From a virus (Duplodnaviria; Caudoviricetes), in the IMG/VR virus record IMGVR_UViG_3300025084_001960, positions 1 to 35,283 of that record: a stretch of DNA of 35,283 nt; one strand, written 5' to 3'. Both the position numbers and the translations under genes were made by a program. Below, piece after piece: positions 6,273-15,696 of this stretch (positions are counted from its first letter, which is position 1; each line of letters opens with the position of its first letter). A model generated the notes under the pieces. The model had not been told where the DNA came from, did not search any database, and was given only the letters and a program-made list of their open reading frames with translations.

Positions 6273-6509
6273 ATGGGAATTCCCAAAATTGATGGCAGAA
6301 AAGTATGGTTAGATGAAGGTCAAATCCATGCTAATAACTTTTTAAGTAAAATGATGGAGATGCAAGATAAGCGTACTCTTTCCAAAGCCGAGAAAAACTT
6401 AAAACAAGTGTCAGCCTCCTTTTTATACCTTTACAATAAGTGTCAAGAAGCAGGACTTTTTGATAACGAAGACGAACTATTTGAATTTTTTAACGAGACT
6501 ATACATTGA
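6273..6509 (+). CDS. Hypothetical protein coupled to terL
   Basis: SD AAGGAG; its TGA overlaps the TTG start of terL. Confidence 0.75.
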   Translation: MGIPKIDGRKVWLDEGQIHANNFLSKMMEMQDKRTLSKAEKNLKQVSASFLYLYNKCQEAGLFDNEDELFEFFNETIH

Positions 6510-7804
6510 TAACATTAAGCAGAAAAGATATACTTAGTACTAACCTAATGGAGTTTGATGAGAATAAATTTATCAAACTACCTATAGGTGATTACATGGA
6601 GTTATTAGGTGTAAGTCCAAATTCTTCCCAGACAGCGTTAATCAACGCTATCAACAATCCCAAATACCGTTTTGTCTGTGCTGCGATCTCTCGTAGACAA
6701 GGCAAGACATATATAGCAAATATAATCGGTCAATTAATCACTTTAGTACCAGGTTCTAATGTATTATTAATGTCACCGAACTATTCATTGTCTCAAATCT
6801 CTTTTGATTTACAAAGACAATTGATTAAACATTTTGATTTAGAGGTTACTAGAGATAATGCAAAAGATAAAGTTATTGAACTATCGAATGGTTCTACAAT
6901 CCGTATGGGTTCTGTTAACCAAGTGGATTCAGTTGTGGGTAGATCTTATGATCTCATCATATTCGACGAAGCAGCCCTTGTTGACGGCAAGGATGCTTTC
7001 AATGTTGCGCTCAGGCCCACACTAGATAAAGCAAACTCCAAAGCAATCTTTATATCTACACCTAGGGGTAGAAATAACTGGTTTGCAGAGTTTTGGCACA
7101 GAGGATTTAGTGATGAATTTCCAGAATGGGCATCAGTTAGGGCAACTTACCACGAAAATCCAAGATTATCTGACTCTGATATAGCAGAAGCTAAGAAAAC
7201 TATGTCAGAAAACGAGTTTAACCAAGAATATTTGGCTGACTTCAATGTATTTGAAGGACAAGTATGGAATTTTAATCATGAAACACAGATTTCGGACTTA
7301 GCAGAGCTAGAAACTGGACGTATGGATATATTCGCAGGAATGGACGTAGGGTATAAAGACCCCACAGCTTTCTGTGTTATTGCATATGACTGGGATGCTG
7401 AAAAATTTTACTTAGTAGATGAGTATCTTAACAGTGAAAGGACTACAGAGCAGCATGCTATTGAAATACAGAAGCTTATTAACAAGTGGGACATAGATTA
7501 TATTTATATTGATTCCGCAGCCCAACAAACAAGATTCGATTTTGCACAAAACTATGATATTACTACTATCAATGCCAAAAAGTCAGTACTAGATGGTATA
7601 GGATGTGTAGCTACTATAGTAGACAACGATCAACTTTTCGTTCATCAGTCGTGTAAAGAATCTCTACTGTGTTTAGATCAGTATCAATGGGATCCAAACC
7701 CTAACTTATTAAAAGAAAAACCTAAACACAACTATGCATCTCACATGGCCGATGCGATACGATACGCGATGTATTCGTTTGAGACAAGTGCCACTACATT
7801 CTAA
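6506..7804 (+). CDS. terL: Terminase large subunit (T5-like)
   Basis: Walker A SRRQGKT, Walker B LIIFDEAA, coupling motif ISTPRG, RNase H-like nuclease GMDVGYKD...IDSA...HMADAIRY. Confidence 0.96.
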   Translation: MITLSRKDILSTNLMEFDENKFIKLPIGDYMELLGVSPNSSQTALINAINNPKYRFVCAAISRRQGKTYIANIIGQLITLVPGSNVLLMSPNYSLSQISFDLQRQLIKHFDLEVTRDNAKDKVIELSNGSTIRMGSVNQVDSVVGRSYDLIIFDEAALVDGKDAFNVALRPTLDKANSKAIFISTPRGRNNWFAEFWHRGFSDEFPEWASVRATYHENPRLSDSDIAEAKKTMSENEFNQEYLADFNVFEGQVWNFNHETQISDLAELETGRMDIFAGMDVGYKDPTAFCVIAYDWDAEKFYLVDEYLNSERTTEQHAIEIQKLINKWDIDYIYIDSAAQQTRFDFAQNYDITTINAKKSVLDGIGCVATIVDNDQLFVHQSCKESLLCLDQYQWDPNPNLLKEKPKHNYASHMADAIRYAMYSFETSATTF

Positions 7805-7814
7805 TTATACCTAT

Positions 7815-7855
7815 CAAAAATAGTTCTTGACATGAGTTTAAATTTACGATATAAT
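7815..7855 (+). promoter_or_regulatory. Consensus sigma70 promoter for the head operon
   Basis: CAAAAATAGTTC, then TTGACA 7827-7832, 17-bp spacer, TATAAT 7850-7855. Confidence 0.9.
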
Positions 7856-7875
7856 TCTATTATACGAGTAGGTTT

Positions 7876-8247
7876 ATGACTTTAAAGAGAGATTTAGTTA
7901 AATATGTTCGTGACAAGGCGAAGTCTAAATATAAAAAAGGAACGGAGTGTCACATTTGCGGAAGTACAGAGAATCTGGACTTTCATCATTTCAACGGATT
8001 AACCGAGTTATTAGAATGGTGGATGAAAAAGGAAAAGGTCATCATAGAAACCGAGGAAGAGATATTAGCACTTCGTGAAGATTTCATAAAAGAAAACTAT
8101 AACGAAGTTTATAACCAAGCTGTTACTTTATGTCATATGCATCACATGAGATTGCATACAATATACGGAAAACGACCCAAACTACAAACAGCGAAAAAAC
8201 AAGAAAAATGGGTGGAGATACAGAGAGACAAATATGGCATGGTATGA
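7876..8247 (+). CDS. HNH endonuclease between terL and portal
   Basis: CHICG...LDFHH...VTLCHMHHMRLH: zinc-ribbon HNH pattern. Confidence 0.8.
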   Translation: MTLKRDLVKYVRDKAKSKYKKGTECHICGSTENLDFHHFNGLTELLEWWMKKEKVIIETEEEILALREDFIKENYNEVYNQAVTLCHMHHMRLHTIYGKRPKLQTAKKQEKWVEIQRDKYGMV

Positions 8248-9442
8248 TAGATTTATAGGCAGAAACGACGAGGAGAAACTAAATCCTTCGCAGTATGTTA
8301 TATCTCGCGACCAAGGAATGACCATTGATAGTCGTGAAAATCCTACTAATTACAGACAAGCATACGAAACATTAGAAGTAGTAAACAGGTCAGTCAACAT
8401 GATAGTGGACGACGCAGCTGAAGTACCTTTTGATGTTGGAGAAAAAATACAGGGCATAAGTCCTATAAAGAAAGAAATAAGAAGAACTAGAGTAGACTTG
8501 TTATTAAACAAAGAACCTAATCCATTTCAAGACGTAAGCAGCTTTAAAAGAAATCTTTTGATAGACTTAATTATTGATGGTAATATCTTTGTATATTATG
8601 ATGGTAGACATCTTTACCATCTTCCAGCACAGCATGTAACTATTTATAGTGATGACAGTACTTATGTAGAAAAGTATGTTTATGATAACACTATAGAGTA
8701 CTCGCCTAGTGAGATAATTCATATTAAAGAAAACAGTTTTAATTCCATTTATAGAGGAGTACCGAGGCTCAAACCAGCTTTTAGAACTATGCAGTTACTA
8801 ACAAGCATGAGAAAGTTTCAGGATAACTTCTTTAAAAATGGCGCAGTACCAGGATTGGTACTAAAATCACCAAATACTCTTTCTGAAAAAATTAAAGAAA
8901 GAATGTTACAGGCTTGGGTTGCTAGATACAATCCACAGTCAGGTGGAAGGAGACCATTGTTCTTAGACGGTGGTTTAGAAGTGGAAAACTTAACAGAAGT
9001 TAGTTTTAAAGATTTAGATTTTCAAGAAGGCATTAGCAATAATGAAAAGATAATCTTAAAAGCGTTAGGTGTACCACCAATCTTAATGGATAGCGGTAAT
9101 AATGCTAACTTAAGACCAAACCACAGATTATATTACTTAGAAACCATACTTCCAATTACTAATAAAATTAAGTGTGCTTTCGAGAGATATTTCGGTTTCA
9201 AACTAGATGAAAATATTGCAGGTATTCCTGCTTTACAACCAGAGTTGAGAGACCAAGCAAGTTACTTTGCTACTCTTGTTAATTCTGGTATAATGACACC
9301 GAATGAAGCAAGGGAGGCATTAAGACTTGAAGAAATCACAGGATTTGATCAACCAAGAGTTCCTGCAAATATCGCAGGTTCAGCCTCAAATCCAGAAGAA
9401 GGTGGCAGACCGCAAGAGACCCCACCAAGCGAGGAAGAATAA
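8234..9442 (+). CDS. Portal protein (HK97/T5 pb7 family)
   Basis: LLNKEPNPFQ, DGNIF, EIIHIK, FFKNGAVPG, LGVPP, GIMTPNEAR motifs; 402 aa; follows terL. Confidence 0.95.
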   Translation: MAWYDRFIGRNDEEKLNPSQYVISRDQGMTIDSRENPTNYRQAYETLEVVNRSVNMIVDDAAEVPFDVGEKIQGISPIKKEIRRTRVDLLLNKEPNPFQDVSSFKRNLLIDLIIDGNIFVYYDGRHLYHLPAQHVTIYSDDSTYVEKYVYDNTIEYSPSEIIHIKENSFNSIYRGVPRLKPAFRTMQLLTSMRKFQDNFFKNGAVPGLVLKSPNTLSEKIKERMLQAWVARYNPQSGGRRPLFLDGGLEVENLTEVSFKDLDFQEGISNNEKIILKALGVPPILMDSGNNANLRPNHRLYYLETILPITNKIKCAFERYFGFKLDENIAGIPALQPELRDQASYFATLVNSGIMTPNEAREALRLEEITGFDQPRVPANIAGSASNPEEGGRPQETPPSEEE

Positions 9443-9444
9443 TT

Positions 9445-9726
9445 ATGACAAAAGACATGATGGTAAAGGCTTTATCCGATTTCATAGCCAGCAAAGGCGT
9501 TGAAAAAATGGATTTAGTAACATATAAAAGCTTCGGCAACGATGTACCAGTAAAAGACTTTATGCTTAGACGAGCATTTGGATCTTGGAATAGAGTATGT
9601 GCAGTTGTCAAGAAACGATATCCTGTCCAAGTAGTAGTAAAAGAAGCACCGAAAAAGGTAACACCTAAGAAAGTAGCTCCTAAGAAAGTAACTACTAAAA
9701 AGGAAGTTAAAGATGTCAAAAAGTAA
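9445..9726 (+). CDS. Small protein with an FGSWN (HNH-associated repeat-like) motif and a Lys/Pro-rich tail
   Basis: RRAFGSWN; C-terminus APKKVTPKKVAPKKVTTKK. Confidence 0.75.
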   Translation: MTKDMMVKALSDFIASKGVEKMDLVTYKSFGNDVPVKDFMLRRAFGSWNRVCAVVKKRYPVQVVVKEAPKKVTPKKVAPKKVTTKKEVKDVKK

Positions 9727-11767
9727 CGAAAAGATATATCAATGGACTAGCACTTTTAAATCATTAGGTGAAACTGATGATGGTGGAATTAATATTAAAG
9801 GTTCTGCAAGTACAAATGGACTAGATAGAGCTGGTGATATTATCGAAAGCGAAGCGTGGATGAAAGGTGGATTGGAAAACTTTAAAGGTAATCCAATTAT
9901 TCTTTTTAACCATGACTATAATAAACCAATTGGTAGAGCCACTGGTTTAGAAGTGACCGATAAAGGCTTAGAAATATCTGCAAAGATATCAAAAGCAGCA
10001 GGTGATATAACCCAATTAGTTAAAGATGGTGTTCTCGGAGCATTTTCAGTAGGATTCAGATGTAAAGACTCTGAGTATATGACTGATACCGATGGGTACA
10101 AAATAAAAGACGCGGAACTATTTGAAGTGTCTGTAGTGTCAGTGCCTTGCAACCAAGGGGCAACCTTTGGATTAGCAAAGTCATTTGATAGTATGGAACA
10201 GTACAGAGAGTACCAAAAACAAATTTTACAGGCTAACTCAACCGCAGCAGCAGACGCTGTTAAAATTGAGCAGCCAAGCGAGGAGAAATCCTCATCAACG
10301 GAGACTGATATGTCAGAAGAAAGAAAATCTCCTGAAACTTCAATCGACCTTGAAGCATTTGCAAAAAAAGTAGCAGAAGATACTGCGACTAAGATTGCAA
10401 TGAAGCAAGCCGAAGCGAAGGCAGCAGAAGTAAAAGCAAATGAAGAAGCGGCTGAAAAGCAAGCATCTGAAGAAGCTACACAAAAAGCTGCTCAAGAAGC
10501 GAAGGAAATGGAAACAAAAACTATAGTGGAAGCTGGTTTGACAGGAGCTGAAAAGCTAATGAACGATCTAGAAGCTAGAGTTAACGAAAAAAATGAAGAC
10601 TTGAAAACAGTAGTCGACAGCCTAGAAAAACAACTAGCAGAAAAATCAGAGGAAATCATGAGCATTCGTGAGTCCAAAAGAACTTTTGCTAAAGGTAACG
10701 GCGGCGACTGGAAGAAAGACTTTGAAAACGACATCATTGATGCAAAATTTGCTGGTTTAGCTACTGGTAAAGGATGGAACAATGATTATGCACAAGGTGT
10801 GATGAAAGCAGTGAACGCTCACTCAGGTACTGAAGTATCATCAGCAGACTTTGAACAAATCGTTTCAACAAACATAGAAAGAGATATTCAAAATGAATTA
10901 GTCTTAGCACCTCTATTTAGAGAAATCGCTATGACTTCTGCTAACATGATTATCCCAATCTTACCAGACGCTGGTTATGCTGAATTTGCTTCAGCTCAAA
11001 CAGCATCAGGTTCATCACCACACGGTAACTTAGACCCAAGAGGCAACGCCCTAGGATCACCGTATACTGGTGTTAATTTGACTGAAAGAACTTTAAACAC
11101 AGTCAAGCTTATTTCACAATCATACTTAGGTAATGAAACTGAAGAAGATGCAATCTTACCGATTCTTCCTTTAATTAGAGAGTCTATGGTTAGATCACAT
11201 GCAAGAAGTATCGAAAATGCTATCTTAGCTGGTAACAGCTCAACAGACGGTGTTTATGGTTCAGGCGCATTTGAAGGTCTACTTACAGCATCCGCTGGAG
11301 ATTCAGACTTCACTCAGCCTACAGGAACATTTGCAGCAAGTGATGTTGTAGAAGCTTCAGACTTACTTGGAATGAGAAAGAACATGGGCAAATATGGAAT
11401 CAATCCTTCAGAAGTTGTATATATCGTATCGCAAGATGTGTATTATAACTTACTAGAAGATGCTGAATTCCAAGACGCTAACCTAGTTGGCGACATGGCT
11501 ACTAAGCTAAATGGTGAAATTGGACAAGTATTTGGATCAAGAGTAATCATGTGTGATGAATTTGCTACTAAAGCAGCTGGCAAATTTGGTGCTATAGCAG
11601 TATACCCAAGAAACTATGTAATGCCTAGATTAAGAGGTGTTACAATTGAATCAGACTACGAAGTAGCTAATCAAAGAAGAGTCCTAGTGGCTTCTCAGAG
11701 ATTAGGATTCACTGACTTAATTGACGGTGCAACTTCTAAGTGGGGATTAAAATACAAAGCTAGTTAA
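9713..11767 (+). CDS. Fused prohead protease - scaffold (delta) domain - HK97-fold major capsid protein
   Basis: N-terminal HK97-type protease (IKGSAS, DRAGD, ILFNHD..PIG, FSVGF, LFEVSVVSVPCN), a coiled-coil linker, and a C-terminal capsid region (ETEEDAILPILPLIRESMVRSHAR, GEIGQVFG, VLVASQR). No internal stop. Confidence 0.93.
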   Translation: MSKSNEKIYQWTSTFKSLGETDDGGINIKGSASTNGLDRAGDIIESEAWMKGGLENFKGNPIILFNHDYNKPIGRATGLEVTDKGLEISAKISKAAGDITQLVKDGVLGAFSVGFRCKDSEYMTDTDGYKIKDAELFEVSVVSVPCNQGATFGLAKSFDSMEQYREYQKQILQANSTAAADAVKIEQPSEEKSSSTETDMSEERKSPETSIDLEAFAKKVAEDTATKIAMKQAEAKAAEVKANEEAAEKQASEEATQKAAQEAKEMETKTIVEAGLTGAEKLMNDLEARVNEKNEDLKTVVDSLEKQLAEKSEEIMSIRESKRTFAKGNGGDWKKDFENDIIDAKFAGLATGKGWNNDYAQGVMKAVNAHSGTEVSSADFEQIVSTNIERDIQNELVLAPLFREIAMTSANMIIPILPDAGYAEFASAQTASGSSPHGNLDPRGNALGSPYTGVNLTERTLNTVKLISQSYLGNETEEDAILPILPLIRESMVRSHARSIENAILAGNSSTDGVYGSGAFEGLLTASAGDSDFTQPTGTFAASDVVEASDLLGMRKNMGKYGINPSEVVYIVSQDVYYNLLEDAEFQDANLVGDMATKLNGEIGQVFGSRVIMCDEFATKAAGKFGAIAVYPRNYVMPRLRGVTIESDYEVANQRRVLVASQRLGFTDLIDGATSKWGLKYKAS
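10280..10312 (+). promoter_or_regulatory. Internal translation start for scaffold-capsid protein (GNRA hairpin, SD, ATG Met200)
   Basis: GAGGA-GAAA-TCCTC hairpin 10280-10293, GGAG 10300-10303, in-frame ATG 10310. Confidence 0.65.
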
Positions 11768-11784
11768 TAGCTAATTACGGTTTT

Positions 11785-11812
11785 GGTGGGTTACCTATAA
11801 CCCACCCTTTTT
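11785..11812 (+). terminator. Rho-independent terminator after the capsid gene
   Basis: GGTGGGTTA-CCTA-TAACCCACC followed by CTTTTT. Confidence 0.85.
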
Positions 11813-11816
11813 AACT

Positions 11817-12413
11817 ATGGCAGACTTAATAACAGTAGCAGAATATAAAGACGCAGAAGGCCTTCGAGGGGAGAAGGATGATGATCGTCTTGCAGTTATA
11901 GTACCTCAGGTATCTGATTTAGTTAAAAAGTATTGTGGAATATCATTTGTAGATTATTTTAGTTCAGACAAAGTAGAAGTTTTTAATATTGACGACAACT
12001 TTACTAGTACTATAATCATGAGTGAAAGTCCATTGGTTAGTATTACTAAAGTAGAAGAAAGAACTTCTTACTCAGAAGCGTATCAAGAATTGACGACAGG
12101 TAAATACCAGTACTATGCAGATGTTGATACGGATGCAGTTGTAAGAACAAATGAGCAAGGACAATATGTAAATTGGGCACGAGGCTTAGGGTCAGTGAAA
12201 ATTACATATAAAGCTGGATATAGCACTTGCCCTAGAGATTTACAACTAGCACTCTTTGACTTAGTAAATTACTATATGAAAGACGAACACAAAGAAAGAA
12301 GATCATTAGGTGGCGCACAAGTACAGAATCAAGGAACTTCAGGTATAAGAACTTCCTCAGATTTTCCAGACCATATAAAAAGAGTGTTGGATTTGTACAG
12401 AGTGGTTATTTAA
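11817..12413 (+). CDS. Head completion / head-tail connector (T5 p144 / gp6-like)
   Basis: LITVAEYK, VSDLVKKYC, VKITYKAGY..P.DL.LA, FPDHIKRVLDLYR; directly after the capsid gene. Confidence 0.85.
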   Translation: MADLITVAEYKDAEGLRGEKDDDRLAVIVPQVSDLVKKYCGISFVDYFSSDKVEVFNIDDNFTSTIIMSESPLVSITKVEERTSYSEAYQELTTGKYQYYADVDTDAVVRTNEQGQYVNWARGLGSVKITYKAGYSTCPRDLQLALFDLVNYYMKDEHKERRSLGGAQVQNQGTSGIRTSSDFPDHIKRVLDLYRVVI

Positions 12414-13924
12414 TGATTCAATTAGTAAAAGACGAAATTACTAAGGCTATTAGAGCAGCAGACAGAGACGCGATAAACCAAGGCTATAGACACGAATTTA
12501 CAATAAACTTAAATGATGTAGAAAAGAATGTCAAAGAAGTTTGTAGAAGAGTGCTAAAAGATAATGGTTTAACAGTACCTGATAAAGATTTAGCCCGTAT
12601 AATAACAGGGCATGTAAGAAGAGGGTTTACAGGTGCACAGCATCAAAAAGAATACAGCGGCTTAGCAGGTGGCAAAATAGCTAGAAAATTAAGTTATCAG
12701 AGTAGTAGTAATACTTTACAGATTAACTTTCCTATGGAGGGGTATGGTAATAAACACACTCTAACATCAGGAGCAAAAAGTACATTTACTACTAACCAAG
12801 CGGCAATGGGGGCTATGCAAGGAACTGTTGTAAATAACGTTAGAAAAGATATAAATGAGTTAATAGGAAGTGGGTTAAGTGGTTCACAAATGCAAGAGGG
12901 CTATAAAGCAGACAAGAAAAAAGGTAGACAAGGAATTAGGTTAAGTGCTTTACACGGAACAAAAAGTAATAGAACAACAGTAGCAGCTTTTGGTGGTGCA
13001 GAAAAGATGAAGGAAAATGCGTCTGAAAGACACAGCGCTATAGAAGAAGGAAAGTTTACACAAGCCATAAATGCAGGACACAACATAAATAACCTATATG
13101 ACAGAGTTTACGAAGAGTATAGTAAAGCATTTTTAACAGAAGTAGGATTAGAACAATATCTTAATATGTCAGTAGAAGATATGAGAAAAAATCTTAAGGT
13201 TCAAATAACTTTTGACCCTGCTAATAAAAATGCTACAATGAAGGATTATGATAGTAAAGAACTTCAAAAGTTTATAAATAATTATGAAAGTTCAGTGATT
13301 AAAAGTTTATCTAATCAGCTTACAGATGAAGAGATGGAAACTTCTAGAAGCCCTAAACAACATTTAACAGCAGCAGCAGGAAAAATAGTAATAGAAAAAC
13401 TTTTAGGATTTCCACATAAGATACATCCTGACATGAGACTTAAAGTTAATAAAAAAATGCTAAGTGATGCGAGAACAGTCAAAAGCAACCAAAGAGACAA
13501 AATTAGAGCTAAAAAAGGTAAAGTAACAAAAAAACAACAAAGAAGAAAAAATGTTAAAAAAACCTCGGGATATGGCAGAGGTATGGGACATGTTGAAAAG
13601 AAAGCAGGGACAAATCCAATGGCTTTAAAAGCACTGCTTAATGAAATGTTACCCGTACAAGTTGCAATGAATATGCACTCACCTGCACTTAATTATAGAA
13701 CAGGTAGATTTGCAAATTCGGTAAGAGTAGATAATATAACACAAGGGCCGAGAGGTGGTAATACAATGATAGAAACTAGTTACCGAAATGACCCGTATGA
13801 AACATTTGCAAGAGGGGGAAAAATGTATACTGCGCAAAGAGACCCTGAAAGATTAATAAAAACGTCAGTAAGACAAGTAGCCACAGGAATGTTAGGTGGT
13901 AGATTTGGAGTAAGAGTACTATAA
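12413..13924 (+). CDS. Neck / tail completion protein (T5 p143-like C-terminus, enlarged)
   Basis: C-terminal LNYRTGRFANSV...Y..DPY..F...RDPERLI..SVR; lies between connector and terminator. Confidence 0.65.
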   Translation: MIQLVKDEITKAIRAADRDAINQGYRHEFTINLNDVEKNVKEVCRRVLKDNGLTVPDKDLARIITGHVRRGFTGAQHQKEYSGLAGGKIARKLSYQSSSNTLQINFPMEGYGNKHTLTSGAKSTFTTNQAAMGAMQGTVVNNVRKDINELIGSGLSGSQMQEGYKADKKKGRQGIRLSALHGTKSNRTTVAAFGGAEKMKENASERHSAIEEGKFTQAINAGHNINNLYDRVYEEYSKAFLTEVGLEQYLNMSVEDMRKNLKVQITFDPANKNATMKDYDSKELQKFINNYESSVIKSLSNQLTDEEMETSRSPKQHLTAAAGKIVIEKLLGFPHKIHPDMRLKVNKKMLSDARTVKSNQRDKIRAKKGKVTKKQQRRKNVKKTSGYGRGMGHVEKKAGTNPMALKALLNEMLPVQVAMNMHSPALNYRTGRFANSVRVDNITQGPRGGNTMIETSYRNDPYETFARGGKMYTAQRDPERLIKTSVRQVATGMLGGRFGVRVL

Positions 13925-14385
13925 TGGAAGCGTCACTAGCAAGGAAACATACCACGCGTAGACGAGCCATAGTAGAAGCTTTAGCAACAGAGCTAGAGCA
14001 AATTAATGGAACTCCACCTTTTAGAACAGCAGTCTCAAATGTAGAAAGAAGACTAAAGTTTTGGGATGAAGTAAACGAATTTCCTACCATCCATATTGGA
14101 GCAGGTACAGAAACTCGTGAATATGACGGCGGTGGATTTAGATTTAGATTTTTAAGAATAACGATTCGATGTTACGTTTCAGATGACAATGATGTTATCG
14201 AAGCACTTGAAGAGTTGTTAGAAGATGTTGAAACAATACTAGAGGATAAAGATCCCTTAACGTATTACGATTCGACAGGAGCATCTCAGTCTACAGTACA
14301 GACAACAATCGGTACAGTAGATACAGATGAAGGAGTATTGGAACCTCTTGGTGTAGGAGAAATCACCATTGAGATTCGGTACTAA
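13924..14385 (+). CDS. Tail terminator protein (T5 p142-like)
   Basis: FWDEVNEFPTI, DTDEGVLEPLGVGEI; 153 aa; directly before the tube gene. Confidence 0.8.
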   Translation: MEASLARKHTTRRRAIVEALATELEQINGTPPFRTAVSNVERRLKFWDEVNEFPTIHIGAGTETREYDGGGFRFRFLRITIRCYVSDDNDVIEALEELLEDVETILEDKDPLTYYDSTGASQSTVQTTIGTVDTDEGVLEPLGVGEITIEIRY

Positions 14386-14398
14386 ATAGGAGAAAATA

Positions 14399-15649
14399 AT
14401 GGCATTTTTCTTTAGTAGAGATACCAAAGTATTTATGACGCATAGCCTAGACGGAACGAGCGCTAAAGAGGCTCTATATGAGATCCCTGTATTAGACGGT
14501 TTTAGTTTTAGTCAAGGAACAAACACTTCAGAGATTACTCTGAATGAAGCGGCATCATCAACTGGGTACTCTAAAAGAGGTAGAGCGATGTTTACTGATT
14601 CTTTTGCACCAGCAGAATGGTCATTTTCAACGTATATGCGACCTACAGTGTCTGCTTCAGGAGCTCCGTCCGTTATAACAAGCGGCGTGAGTAACAAGCA
14701 ACACGCAGGTAGTGCGAAAAAGTTTGCAGTAGAAGGGCCTTTATGGTCTGCGATGTCTGCGAGTAATTATGATGACGGTACAGGATCCGATTCTACAGGA
14801 ACTATGACTGATTATGAGCCAAATGTTTTTAACTTTGAAAACTCAAATCAGGTAACTCTTGGAGTATTTGATTTGTTTTTTGTACTTGGAGCATCAAAAG
14901 ATAGTACACCTGGAACATATTCAACTGGTTCAGGCATAACTATATATAAAGTATCTGATTGTTCAATTGGTTCAGCTTCCATAGACTTTGATATTGAAGG
15001 ATTAGCACAAATTGCTTGGTCTGGAAATGGTAAACAAGTAGAAGAAGTGGCAACTTTAGTTACAGATGCAGGTGGTGAAACAACACTTGGATTAGTAGAT
15101 GAAGGTATAAGTTCAACAAGTAACTTTATAAGACAAAAGTTAACAGACTTAGCTATGACTTTTGATGTATCAGAATCAACAGGTACATTAGGAGCATTAG
15201 ATGTTGACAGCGGGTCTGACTATAACTATGGTGTTACATTAACAGGTGGTAATATTACAATTGAAAATAATCTTACTTATCTAACTCCAGAAACACTAGG
15301 TACAGTCAACCTTCCATTAGGACATGTAATGGGAACAAGATCAGTTTCAGGTAACTTTACTTGTTATCTAAACGACACAGCAAATGGGTCATTAGACTTA
15401 TTTGAAAGACTACAAGAGTCTAGAGGCGTAATTACTAACGCATTTGATTTAACATTCTCTATCGGAGGGTCTGCAAACAGCCCACGATGTAATGTTGAAG
15501 TACCAAAAGCACATTTAGAATTACCAGCTCATAGTTTTGAAGATGTAGTATCAGTAGACGTAGCCTTCCACGGCTTAGCAACTGATTTATCTTCAGCAAC
15601 TAAGACACAAGCTGCAAACGAAGTAAAACTTACTTACCACGCTAGCTAA
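14399..15649 (+). CDS. Major tail tube protein (T5 pb6-like)
   Basis: SRDTKVF, VLDGFSFSQ, APAEWSFSTYMRP, IDFDIEGLAQIAWSG, NNLTYLTPETLG, GTRSVSGNFTCYL. Confidence 0.88.
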   Translation: MAFFFSRDTKVFMTHSLDGTSAKEALYEIPVLDGFSFSQGTNTSEITLNEAASSTGYSKRGRAMFTDSFAPAEWSFSTYMRPTVSASGAPSVITSGVSNKQHAGSAKKFAVEGPLWSAMSASNYDDGTGSDSTGTMTDYEPNVFNFENSNQVTLGVFDLFFVLGASKDSTPGTYSTGSGITIYKVSDCSIGSASIDFDIEGLAQIAWSGNGKQVEEVATLVTDAGGETTLGLVDEGISSTSNFIRQKLTDLAMTFDVSESTGTLGALDVDSGSDYNYGVTLTGGNITIENNLTYLTPETLGTVNLPLGHVMGTRSVSGNFTCYLNDTANGSLDLFERLQESRGVITNAFDLTFSIGGSANSPRCNVEVPKAHLELPAHSFEDVVSVDVAFHGLATDLSSATKTQAANEVKLTYHAS

Positions 15650-15658
15650 AACAAACCC

Positions 15659-15686
15659 GAGAGGGCTTCGGCCCTCTCACTTTATT
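15659..15686 (+). terminator. UUCG-capped hairpin (probably a leaky terminator) after the tube gene
   Basis: GAGAGGGC-TTCG-GCCCTCTC followed by ACTTTATT (weak U-tract). Confidence 0.75.
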
Positions 15687-15696
15687 AGGAATAAAA

